24,000 nucleotides of DNA from Rhodococcus spelaei (GTDB lineage: Bacteria; Actinomycetota; Actinomycetes; Mycobacteriales; Mycobacteriaceae), in contig NZ_VIGH01000004.1 of the NCBI RefSeq assembly GCF_006704125.1, forward strand, positions 359,529 to 383,528. Direction: 5' to 3'. Below, piece by piece: positions 7,456 through 14,519 of this stretch (position 1 is its first letter; each line of letters begins with the position of its first letter). The position numbers were made by a program, and so were the translations under genes. The notes under the pieces were generated by a model. It searched no databases. It saw only the letters and a program-made list of their open reading frames with translations, and was not told the DNA's origin.

Positions 7456-8124
7456 TCAGCCGAGGCTGAAGGGCTGTCCCCACAGGGTGACCGTGCTCTG
7501 CACGTTCGCGGTGCTGACGATGACCTTGACGTACGAGCGCGCCTGCGCGTAGCCGGCGCAGCCGTTCACGGCCATGGTCGAGTCGGCCCAGGTGACGCTG
7601 CCCTTGTTCTTGAAGGGGTTGCCGTTGCGGTGCTGCTCGGCGCCGAACGCGTCGGCGACCTCGAGGTCGAGGATCTTGTAGTCCACGGCCTGGCCGGGGC
7701 CGATGGAGACGGTGCCGCTGCCCTTGCCGGACTGGGTGGTGGTCGTTCCGGCGTAATTGGACGTCATGTTGCTGTCCGCGCCGGCCTTGCCGCCCAGGGT
7801 CAGCTGGCAGCCGACGATGTAGCCGGGCTGGATGGTGCCGCCGCCGGGGCCGGACAGTTCGACCTTCGCCGAGCCGGAGACCCACGCGTTGCGGTGCAGT
7901 GGGGTGGCGCCGAGCGACGGGGAGATGTTCGCGGATTCGCCGGTGCGGGTGATCGTGACGACGGTGCCGTCGACCAGGATCTGCGTGATGGAGCCGTCCG
8001 GCAGCGGGACGAGGGTGTCGGCGTTGGCGGCACCGACGGAGAGGAAGCCGAGGGCGACGGCGGCGGCCGCGCCGGAGGCGGCGATCTGCAGCCCGCGACG
8101 GAGGCCGGTCTTGCTGGCGTTCAT
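7456..8124 (-). CDS. MspA-family porin (paralog 1)
   Basis: ORF track, 222 aa. The signal peptide ends ...SVGAANA/DT. MspA-like landmarks are RNAWVSGSAKVELSGPG, GYIVGCQ, and the C-terminal TLWGQPFSLG (compare the MspA ending TTYGEPWNMN). SD AAAGGGA lies upstream of the ATG. Confidence 0.82.
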   Translation of the reverse strand: MNASKTGLRRGLQIAASGAAAAVALGFLSVGAANADTLVPLPDGSITQILVDGTVVTITRTGESANISPSLGATPLHRNAWVSGSAKVELSGPGGGTIQPGYIVGCQLTLGGKAGADSNMTSNYAGTTTTQSGKGSGTVSIGPGQAVDYKILDLEVADAFGAEQHRNGNPFKNKGSVTWADSTMAVNGCAGYAQARSYVKVIVSTANVQSTVTLWGQPFSLG

Positions 8125-8167
8125 GAATTCCCTTTCAGGGGATCAGTTTCAGGATCGGTGTGGGACT

Positions 8168-8207
8168 GTGCGCGCCGTTCACCCCGGTGGGGGTGAATCG
8201 CGCGCAC
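8168..8207 (-). terminator. Imperfect stem-loop between the two porin genes
   Basis: GTGCGCGC-cg-TTCACCCC-ggtg-GGGGTGAA-tc-GCGCGCAC forms two 8-bp helices, just downstream (minus-strand sense) of the porin-2 stop at 8224. Confidence 0.45.
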
Positions 8208-8223
8208 GGGCGCCGGAGGCGCG

Positions 8224-8895
8224 TCAGCCGATGCTGAAGGGCTGGCCGTAGAGGGTGGTCTTGGAGTAGTTGTCGCCGACGATCTCCACGACGGTGTAGG
8301 ACCGGGCCTGGGCGTAGCCGCCGCAGTTCTGGATTTCGAGCTGGGTGTCCTGGTACTGGACCGAGTACTTGCCGTTCTTCTTGATGTCCTTGCCGGCGAT
8401 GTTCACGAACTTGACCTGGCCCGCCGAGACCGGGACGGTCAGCGAGGCGTTCATGGACGGGCCGTTCAGATCGAAGCCGCCACCGATGGAGCCGCCGAGG
8501 CCGGTGATGTCGACCTGGCAACCGATGATGTAGCCGGTGCTGATTCGCGAAATCCCGTGCGTGGACGAGTTGTTCGTGCCGGGGATGTTGGTCTGGCCGT
8601 TGAACGGACCGGCCTCGCCGTCCTTGGTGATGGACGAGACGTCGGCGGTGACGGTGCCCGAGACCCATGCGGTGCGTCCGGCGCCGTTGGCTGCCAGGGA
8701 CGGGGAGATCAGGGCGCTCTCGCCGGTACGGGAGACGACTACGCCGGGGGTGGCCTTGTTGCCGTCGGGCAGCGGTACGAAGGTGTCGGCACTGGCGGCG
8801 GCGGTCGACATCAGGCCGATCGCGGCTGCGGCGGCTGCGCCGAGGCCTGCGATGCGGGCGCCTCGGCGCAGGCCGGACGTGCGGTACTCGCTCAT
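8224..8895 (-). CDS. MspA-family porin (paralog 2)
   Basis: This is the frame of ORF 8224..9009, trimmed to ATG 8893-8895 (MSEYRTSGLRRGARIAGLGAAAAAAIGLMSTAAASA/DTFVPLPDG), which has SD AAGGGGA 6 nt upstream. It shares landmarks with paralog 1: RTAWVSGTV, GYIIGCQ, NCGGYAQARSY, TLYGQPFSIG. Confidence 0.82.
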   Translation of the reverse strand: MSEYRTSGLRRGARIAGLGAAAAAAIGLMSTAAASADTFVPLPDGNKATPGVVVSRTGESALISPSLAANGAGRTAWVSGTVTADVSSITKDGEAGPFNGQTNIPGTNNSSTHGISRISTGYIIGCQVDITGLGGSIGGGFDLNGPSMNASLTVPVSAGQVKFVNIAGKDIKKNGKYSVQYQDTQLEIQNCGGYAQARSYTVVEIVGDNYSKTTLYGQPFSIG

Positions 8896-9126
8896 CAATT
8901 CCCCTTGTGAGGTGGGTTCAGACTGGCTTCGCCGGGGGCGACGCACCGGCGGCAATCGGAGAATGCGACCCCGACATTCCCGACGCAGCCCAGAAACTAT
9001 CCGCATCATTAGATTGAATGCAATGCACCACAGCGGCCAATTGAAGTGACTCGCATCACACTTGGGGACCTCGGGTCCGATAGATCCCTGTTCATGCCGA
9101 TGATCTAACGAATTGGCCGGTATCGT

Positions 9127-9144
9127 CCCTACCGCTCAGTAGGG
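9127..9144 (+). promoter_or_regulatory. Palindrome CCCTAC-N6-GTAGGG about 35 nt upstream of the GntR start; candidate autoregulatory operator
   Basis: It has perfect 6-bp arms and lies in the 281-bp divergent porin/gntR intergenic region. No binding data are available; this rests on position only. Confidence 0.25.
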
Positions 9145-9176
9145 TGCGAGGGCGGCAGTACAGGGGGGGCAGCACA

Positions 9177-9917
9177 ATGGTGATCAGGTCGGAACGTCCG
9201 CAGAAGACGGCAATGATCATTGCAAGGCGAATAATCTCGGACATCGATCAACAAGGGCTCGGGCCGGGCGACCACCTACCCTCCGAGAAGGTGATGCTCG
9301 AGCACTACCAGGTCGGGCGCGGCACCCTGCGCGAGTCACTGCGATTCCTCGAACTGTCCGGCGCCATCTCGCTCAAGCCGGGTCCGGGCGGCGGGCCGAT
9401 CGTCGAGAAGCCCGAGGCCTCGCACCTGATGAACAGTCTGGGATTGCTACTGCAGTTCGAGGGCGCCCAGTTCGCCACGATCGTGGAGGCTCGCGTCGGG
9501 CTCGAGCCACTGATGGCTCGGCTGGCGGCGGAACGGATCACCGACGAGCTACGCGTGCGGTTGGAGGGTGCGGTGGCCCTGATGCGGGAGAGCACCACAG
9601 ATCTGGAGGTGTTCCTCGAGGCGAACCGGGAGTTCCACAACACGATCGCCTGGGCATCGGGAAACCCGCTGTTCGGCTTCCTCATCGACGCGATGGACGG
9701 GGTCTTCGCCGGCTCGTCGCTCAGCGTCGACTATCCGGTTCAGCAGCGCCTTCAGGTGCTCAAGGCGGACCAGGCGATCTTCGACGCCATCATGGCCGGA
9801 GATCCCGACGAGGCAGAGGGCGCGATGCGGCTGCACGTCTCGGAATGGACGAACTACCTGCATACGAAATCTCCGGATGCGCTCGCCAGGCCGATCACCT
9901 GGGACGCGATGCAGTAG
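9177..9917 (+). CDS. GntR-family transcriptional regulator, FadR subfamily (FCD C-terminal domain)
   Basis: This is the frame of ORF 9144..9917, trimmed to ATG 9177, which has SD AGGGGGGG 7 nt upstream. The GntR winged HTH is PGDHLPSEKVMLEHYQVGRGTLRESLRFLELSGAISLKPG. The all-helical FCD-like domain contains EARVGLEPLMARLAAER...FHNTIAWASGNPLF. Confidence 0.85.
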   Translation: MVIRSERPQKTAMIIARRIISDIDQQGLGPGDHLPSEKVMLEHYQVGRGTLRESLRFLELSGAISLKPGPGGGPIVEKPEASHLMNSLGLLLQFEGAQFATIVEARVGLEPLMARLAAERITDELRVRLEGAVALMRESTTDLEVFLEANREFHNTIAWASGNPLFGFLIDAMDGVFAGSSLSVDYPVQQRLQVLKADQAIFDAIMAGDPDEAEGAMRLHVSEWTNYLHTKSPDALARPITWDAMQ

Positions 9918-9991
9918 CCGGCGCTGGTTGCAGTGTTTAGGGATGTCTCAGGATTCGGCTCTACCCTGAATGGTCGGTCCTAAGCCGCCGA

Positions 9992-10053
9992 CGCGGTGCG
10001 TCAAATCGGAAGTACGCGGTGCGTCGAATCGGAAGTACGCGGTGCGTCGATTC
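9992..10053 (+). repeat. 23-bp tandem direct repeat, about 2.7 copies, immediately upstream of the Pro-rich membrane protein gene
   Basis: The units are CGCGGTGCGTCaAATCGGAAGTA (9992-10014), CGCGGTGCGTCgAATCGGAAGTA (10015-10037), and CGCGGTGCGTCgAtTC (10038-10053). Units 1 and 2 differ at a single position. Confidence 0.9.
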
Positions 10054-10077
10054 TGGACAGGAAAGCAGGCCCGAGAC

Positions 10078-11118
10078 ATGAGCAAGTCGGACGATCAGCG
10101 CACGCCGGCCGAGAAGGCCCCCGACGGCACCGAGGCACTGCCCGCCGGACCCGACCCCACCGCCGGGTGGGGTCCGCATCCACAGCAGCAGCCCGGGCAC
10201 CAGTCCCCGGACCAGCCGACCGAGCAGTTCCCCGGGCCGCAGTACACCTCCGATCCGCGCCAGGCGTACGGCGACGCGACCCAGGCGTTCCCGACGTATC
10301 AGGGGTACGACCCGAACCAGCCGCCGCCGGAGGCGACGCAGGCGTACCCGACGTATCAGGGGTACGACCCGAACCAGCCGCCGCCGGAGGCGACGCAGGC
10401 GTACCCGACGTATCAGGGGTACGACCCGAACCAGCCGCCGCCGAACGCGACGCAGGCGTACCCGACGTATCAGGGGTACGACCCGAACCAGCCACCGCCG
10501 AACGCGACCCAGGCCTACCCGACCTACTACGACCCGAACGAACCGCCGCAGAACGGGCCCGCGGCAGGTGGTGCCTCGCCCTCCGGTGACGGCGAGAAGA
10601 AGGGCCCCGGCAAGGTGGTGATCGTCGCCGCCGTGACGGTGGCGGCGTTGCTGCTCGCCGCGGTCGTCGGGATCGGCGCGCTGCTCGTCAACTCCGGCGG
10701 GTCCGACACGTCGACCGCTTCCGGCCCGGTCACCAGCTCGCAGGTGCCCACCCAGCCGCGCCCGACCACCCCGCCCCGCACCACCGAAACGCCCGGCACC
10801 ACCGCGCCCGACCTGTCGAAGATTCCGGGCGGCCTCGGTGAGGCGATCGGTGCCGCGGGGGCGGCGGTCGGAACGGTGAAGTCCAACGACGGGGCCACCC
10901 TGATCCTCGACGGCATCGGCGGTTCCGCGGTCACCGTCACCACCACGCCGTCGACCCGGGTGATCTCTCTGAACGGCACCAAGGTCTCGGACGTGCGGGT
11001 CGGCGATACCGTGCTCGTGCAGGGCGACAAGACGTCGGACGGGGCGGTCACGGCCCGGCTCATCGTGAACACGTCGATCCCGGACCTCGGGAACCTCGGC
11101 CACAGCGGCGGCAACTGA
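10078..11118 (+). CDS. Single-pass membrane protein: Pro/Tyr/Gln-rich repeat N-terminus, TM helix, Ser/Thr/Pro linker, beta-rich C-terminal domain (DUF5666-like)
   Basis: This is the frame of ORF 9970..11118. ATG 10078 gives MSKSDDQRTPAEK...; in-frame GTG 10042 is an alternative start. The TM helix is VVIVAAVTVAALLLAAVVGIGALLV. The C-terminus GTVKSNDGATLILDGIGGSAVTVTTTPSTRVISLNGTKVSDVRVGDTVLVQGDKTSDGAVTARLIV resembles the DUF5666 repeat pattern. Confidence 0.75.
   Translation: MSKSDDQRTPAEKAPDGTEALPAGPDPTAGWGPHPQQQPGHQSPDQPTEQFPGPQYTSDPRQAYGDATQAFPTYQGYDPNQPPPEATQAYPTYQGYDPNQPPPEATQAYPTYQGYDPNQPPPNATQAYPTYQGYDPNQPPPNATQAYPTYYDPNEPPQNGPAAGGASPSGDGEKKGPGKVVIVAAVTVAALLLAAVVGIGALLVNSGGSDTSTASGPVTSSQVPTQPRPTTPPRTTETPGTTAPDLSKIPGGLGEAIGAAGAAVGTVKSNDGATLILDGIGGSAVTVTTTPSTRVISLNGTKVSDVRVGDTVLVQGDKTSDGAVTARLIVNTSIPDLGNLGHSGGN
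10261..10551 (+). repeat. 57-bp (19-codon) in-frame tandem repeat, 4 full units plus partial flanking units
   Basis: Units start at 10291, 10348, 10405 and 10462, with a degenerate unit at 10519. Units 1 and 2 are identical over 57/57 nt and unit 3 differs by 2 nt. The encoded unit is PTYQGYDPNQPPP(E/N)ATQAY. Confidence 0.95.
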
Positions 11119-11198
11119 GGAGTCGGGCGATGACGGCAATTCCGGCGGAACTTCGGTCCGGGTGCGAGCCGAGTGCCACGAACGGGCCGCGCTGTCGA

Positions 11199-11204
11199 TA
11201 TTGT
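11199..11204 (+). promoter_or_regulatory. Candidate -10 hexamer TATTGT positioned for a leaderless transcript
   Basis: A TANNNT hexamer lies 8 nt upstream of ATG 11213, with no SD. Confidence 0.3.
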
Positions 11205-11212
11205 GACTGGCG

Positions 11213-11914
11213 ATGACGCTTATCTGGTTCGGACTCTCAGCGATCGCGCTCGCAGGTGCGATCGTGCTGTTGTACGTCGACCGCAGCCGCCGCGAGCAGT
11301 TCGGTCGGGTCCGGCAGATCTGGGCGAAGGCGCAGGGCTACACGTACAACGAGTCCGACGACCAGCTGCCGACGCGGTGGCACCGGGCCGCCATGGCCCG
11401 TCAGGAGTACCTCGGCGCCGTCGACGTCGTGCACGGCGTCCGGCGCGGTGAGGACTTCGTGCTGTTCGACCTCCCCGAGACCGCGACGATCGTCGCCGTG
11501 CAGCGGTCCGTCGGTTCCGACGTGGACGTCGACCTGCGGTTGAAGTCCACGCCGCCGCCGAGGGACAACGACCTGAACCTGCTCGGCGCGATCGGGCCCC
11601 GGGTGGTCTTCTCGACCGACCTCGAGATCGCACGACGCGTCTGCGACCAGCGGATGGTGCACTTCACCGAGTCGGTGCCGCCGCAGGTCCAGATGCTCTG
11701 GAGCGAGGGTGCGTGGACGCTGGGATCGCTTCCGATCACCAGCACCGGGCGTGACTGGGACGCGGCGATCGACGCGGTCGGCCGGTTGTCGGGCCTGCTG
11801 CATGTGCTGCCGCCGGTGTCCGAACCGGGCGAGATGAGCGATCTCAGCCACGACCCGAGTCGTCCGTACCCGCACCCGCTCGACGTTCGTTCGGACGACG
11901 ACGTCCCGCGCTGA
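11213..11914 (+). CDS. Conserved-looking hypothetical membrane protein (one N-terminal TM helix), function unknown
   Basis: ORF track, 233 aa. The N-terminal TM helix is LIWFGLSAIALAGAIVLLYV, followed by a globular domain with balanced composition, unlike the Arg/Pro-rich alternative frames. I recognise no family motif with confidence. Its position next to a LemA-family gene is noted. Confidence 0.6.
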   Translation: MTLIWFGLSAIALAGAIVLLYVDRSRREQFGRVRQIWAKAQGYTYNESDDQLPTRWHRAAMARQEYLGAVDVVHGVRRGEDFVLFDLPETATIVAVQRSVGSDVDVDLRLKSTPPPRDNDLNLLGAIGPRVVFSTDLEIARRVCDQRMVHFTESVPPQVQMLWSEGAWTLGSLPITSTGRDWDAAIDAVGRLSGLLHVLPPVSEPGEMSDLSHDPSRPYPHPLDVRSDDDVPR

Positions 11915-12074
11915 CCGTCGCGGTTTCGCGGGGTGGTTGACGCCCGTCGCGTGTCTTCGTTTCCTCCGCCGGGCCGTCGCCCGCGCCGGGCGCTCGACGC
12001 CCACTTCAACCCCGGGTTTCCTTCGGCGTGGCCGCACGGCCCGACCGGTGTGGCGCGTGCCCACGCTGGGTGGG

Positions 12075-12080
12075 TAGATT
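12075..12080 (+). promoter_or_regulatory. Candidate -10 hexamer TAGATT positioned for a leaderless LemA-family transcript
   Basis: A TANNNT hexamer lies 8 nt upstream of GTG 12089. Confidence 0.3.
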
Positions 12081-12088
12081 CCACGCTT

Positions 12089-12700
12089 GTGACTCTTGTG
12101 GCGGTAGTGGCTGTTGTTGCTGTTGTCCTTTTTGCCCGGGTGTACGCGGTGGTCCGGAGGTTGCGCCGGACCGAGGCGAACCTCACCGCGAGCCGAAGCC
12201 TGCTCGAGGTGGAACTGGGCCGTCGCTACGAGCAGGTGAACGACCTCGTCGTCGCCGCGCGCGCCGCGAACATGGACTCGTCCGTACTGGCTCCGCTGGC
12301 CGGTGCACGCTCGCTCGCCCTCGGCTTCCGCGAGCAAGGCATGACGCTCGGCGATCAGGCCGGATCGGAGAACGCCCTGTCGGTCGCCCTGCATCGGGTC
12401 GTCCTGGAGACGGGCAGCGACCCGAAGGTCAAGAACGACTGGGCGATTCAGCGGCCCGTGCTCGAACTGCAGCGGACCGAGCAGCGGCTGGTCGGCGCAG
12501 CCCGCGTCTACAACTCCAGCGCGGCCGCGATGAACTCGCTGTCGCGCGGGATCGGTACCGCGCCCGTGGCACGGGTATTCGGTGGACGGCCGGCGCCGAT
12601 GTTCGAGGCAACCCTTGCCGAACTGCCGGTGGAACTGCCCGCCGAACTCCGGGGCGAAGAACTGACCGATGGTGAGGTCGTCGGGTCCGCGACCGTCTGA
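12089..12700 (+). CDS. LemA-family membrane protein (divergent)
   Basis: This is the frame of ORF 11933..12700. LemA-like layout: an N-terminal TM helix (LVAVVAVVAVVLFARVY), then YAVVRRLRRTEANL...LEVELGRRYEQVNDLV, SENALSVAL...ELQRTEQRLVGAARVYNSSAAAMNS...VARVFGGRPAPMFE, which parallels the LemA pattern YN.LV.LRN...QL.RR.DL..NLV / AEN.LS.AL...L.GTEN.I..AR..YN......FG.....FE. The start is uncertain: GTG 12089 is preferred because it gives about 203 aa, typical for the family. GTG 12050 and GTG 12098 are alternatives. Confidence 0.7.
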   Translation: MTLVAVVAVVAVVLFARVYAVVRRLRRTEANLTASRSLLEVELGRRYEQVNDLVVAARAANMDSSVLAPLAGARSLALGFREQGMTLGDQAGSENALSVALHRVVLETGSDPKVKNDWAIQRPVLELQRTEQRLVGAARVYNSSAAAMNSLSRGIGTAPVARVFGGRPAPMFEATLAELPVELPAELRGEELTDGEVVGSATV

Positions 12701-12771
12701 GCCGCGTGCGGTCGAGCCCCGCGTGGCCGACTAGGCTCGACGGCGACATGGCAGGCGAGAAGGAGCGGTCG

Positions 12772-13302
12772 ATGACGGAGAAGGCGGAGCTGGCGGGGCT
12801 CGTGCGCGAGCTGGCGGTAGTGCACGGAAAGGTGACCCTGTCGTCCGGCAAGGAAGCCGACTACTACGTGGACCTGCGCCGCGCCACGCTGCACCACCGC
12901 GCCGGACCGCTGATCGGCAAGCTGCTGCGCGAGCTCGTCGCGGACTGGGACTTCGCCTCGGTCGGTGGGCTGACGATGGGCGCGGACCCCGTGGCGATGG
13001 CGGTCATGCACGCCGAGGGGCGCCCGATCGACGCGTTCGTGGTGCGCAAGGCCGCCAAGGCGCACGGTATGCAGCGGCAGATCGAAGGCCCCGACGTGGT
13101 CGGGAAGCGCGTGCTGGTCGTGGAGGACACCACCACCACCGGCAACTCCCCGCTGACCGCCGTGCGCGCGCTCCGCGAGGCGGGCGCGATCGTGGTCGGC
13201 GTCGCGACGGTGGTCGACCGCGCAACCGGCGCCGACCAGATCATCGCGGCCGAGGGCCTCGAGTACCGGTCGCTGCTCGGCCTCGACGATCTGGGCCTGT
13301 AG
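12772..13302 (+). CDS. pyrE: Orotate phosphoribosyltransferase
   Basis: This is the frame of ORF 12706..13302. There is strong similarity to actinobacterial PyrE (AELAGLVRELAVVHGKVTLSSGKEADYYVDLRRATLHHRAG...) and the PRPP-binding loop VLVVEDTTTTGNS is present. ATG 12772 has a perfect AAGGAG SD 6 nt upstream. ATG 12748 is an alternative. Confidence 0.93.
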   Translation: MTEKAELAGLVRELAVVHGKVTLSSGKEADYYVDLRRATLHHRAGPLIGKLLRELVADWDFASVGGLTMGADPVAMAVMHAEGRPIDAFVVRKAAKAHGMQRQIEGPDVVGKRVLVVEDTTTTGNSPLTAVRALREAGAIVVGVATVVDRATGADQIIAAEGLEYRSLLGLDDLGL

Positions 13303-13314
13303 GCAGCTGCGCTG

Positions 13315-13360
13315 CCTGTGAGTCCTTTTGGCCCCGCGGCGGACCACAAGGACTCACAGG
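13315..13360 (+). terminator. Stem-loop after pyrE (13-bp perfect stem, 20-nt loop)
   Basis: CCTGTGAGTCCTT-N20-AAGGACTCACAGG begins 13 nt after the pyrE stop. Confidence 0.5.
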
Positions 13361-13373
13361 CGCCGGAGGCGCC

Positions 13374-13379
13374 TATCGT
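13374..13379 (+). promoter_or_regulatory. Candidate -10 hexamer TATCGT positioned for a leaderless galT-galK transcript
   Basis: A TANNNT hexamer lies 6 nt upstream of GTG 13386, with no SD. Confidence 0.35.
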
Positions 13380-13385
13380 GGGCGC

Positions 13386-14519
13386 GTGCCGATCCGGAAG
13401 ACCGCGACCACTCTCGCCGACGGGCGTGAGCTCATCTACTTCGACGACACCGAGCCGTATACGAGCGGCGCCGCGACGCGTGAGCTCCGCGACCGCCGTG
13501 ACCTCGACCCCGTCGCAGCGACATCGACGATGCGCTACGACGTGCTCACCGGCGAATGGGTGACGCTGGCGTCGCACCGCAACAGCCGCACCTTCCTGCC
13601 TGCCGTTGCCGAGTGTCCCCTGTGCCCGACCCGAGCGGACCGGCCGGCCACCGAGATCCCTGCCGAGGACTACGACGTCGTGGTGTTCGAGAACCGCTTC
13701 CCCTCCCTCGCGCGGGGTGCGGAGCCGCCGGCGACGGATCACGTTGACGGCGACGACCTCTGGCCCCAGCGACCGGCGTCGGGGAGATGCGAGGTCGTGT
13801 GCTTCACCAGCGACCACGACCTCGGCTTCGCGGAGCTGCCGCTCCCGCGGGTGCGCACCGTGCTGGCCGCCCTCGTCGACCGGACGCGGGCGCTGTCCGC
13901 CCTGCCGGGCATCGCGCAGGTGTACTGCTTCGAGAACCGCGGCGAGGAGATCGGCGTGACTCTCGGCCACCCGCACGGCCAGATCTATGCCTATCCGGCG
14001 CTGCCGCCGCGGACCGAGGCGCTGCTGCGGCAGTCGAGGGCACACCACGCGCGCACCGGTCGGGTGCTGCTGCGCGACGTGCTCGACGCCGAACGGCGGT
14101 CGGGCAGAAGGATTGTCGCGACCACCGAGCACTGGACCGCGTACGTCCCGGCTGCCGCGCGATGGCCGGTCGAGGTGCATGTGGCGCCGAACCGGGACGT
14201 CGCGGACCTGACCGAGCTGCGCGATCCCGAGCTCGAGGACCTCGCCGCGCTCTACCTCGACGTCTTGGGCCGCCTCGACCGTTTCTTCGACGGGGTCGGG
14301 AAGCTGCCCTACATCGCGGGCTGGCACCAGGCGCCGGTCGAGGAGGGGCGGGAGCTGGGAAGGCTGTACCTGCAGGTGTTCTCGTTGATGCGTGCGCCGC
14401 ACCGGATGAAGTTCCTCGCCGGATCGGAGTCCGGGATGGGTGCGTGGATCTCCGACACCACCCCCGAGGCGATCGCCGCGCGGTTCCGGGCAATCGCACC
14501 CGGCCCGGTGCCGTCGTGA
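13386..14519 (+). CDS. galT: Galactose-1-phosphate uridylyltransferase (HIT-type GalT)
   Basis: ORF track, 377 aa. It has the CPLCP zinc motif, the active-site GHPHGQIYAYP (HxHxQ), and the typical N-terminus TLADGRELIYFDD. Confidence 0.93.
   Translation: MPIRKTATTLADGRELIYFDDTEPYTSGAATRELRDRRDLDPVAATSTMRYDVLTGEWVTLASHRNSRTFLPAVAECPLCPTRADRPATEIPAEDYDVVVFENRFPSLARGAEPPATDHVDGDDLWPQRPASGRCEVVCFTSDHDLGFAELPLPRVRTVLAALVDRTRALSALPGIAQVYCFENRGEEIGVTLGHPHGQIYAYPALPPRTEALLRQSRAHHARTGRVLLRDVLDAERRSGRRIVATTEHWTAYVPAAARWPVEVHVAPNRDVADLTELRDPELEDLAALYLDVLGRLDRFFDGVGKLPYIAGWHQAPVEEGRELGRLYLQVFSLMRAPHRMKFLAGSESGMGAWISDTTPEAIAARFRAIAPGPVPS

Noticed and set aside
8800-8895. Twin-arginine (Tat) signal in both porins (GLRRGLQIA and GLRRGARIA)
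   Set aside because: There is an RR pair, but the following residues do not fit S/T-R-R-x-F-L-K well. MspA-type porins are described as Sec substrates. I cannot decide this without a predictor, so it is not reported as a finding.
8896-9009. N-terminal extensions offered by the ORF track for porin 2 (to 9009), the secreted protein (to 21342), the PEBP lipoprotein (to 16415), galK (from 13787), the LemA-like gene (from 11933), gntR (from 9144) and the MFS gene (from 16438)
   Set aside because: In each case an internal start sits right before a signal peptide or the conserved N-terminus. Each internal start also has an SD, a -10-type hexamer or a start-stop overlap. The extensions are Arg-rich or overlap the neighbouring gene.
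9010-9120. Small ORFs or a possible sRNA in the 281-bp porin/gntR intergenic region (for example a 28-codon minus-strand ORF starting near 9097; the GGCCAATT…AATTGGCC 8-bp inverted pair; the GGACC-TCG-GGTCC palindrome)
   Set aside because: There is no SD, no conservation evidence available, and the palindromes are short enough to arise by chance. I treat the region as a promoter region only.
9992-10551. Possibility that the 23-bp and 57-bp repeats are CRISPR arrays
   Set aside because: The units are directly adjacent with no unique spacers. The 57-bp array is in frame within a coding sequence. No cas genes or leader are present in the window.
9961-11139. Alternative-frame ORFs over the Pro-rich gene (392 aa minus strand; 197 aa at 9996..10589 plus strand; 164 aa minus strand)
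   Set aside because: These are repeat-driven open frames (RRLVRVVPLIRRVRL-type units) with no TM-domain logic. The chosen frame yields a coherent tail-TM-linker-domain architecture.
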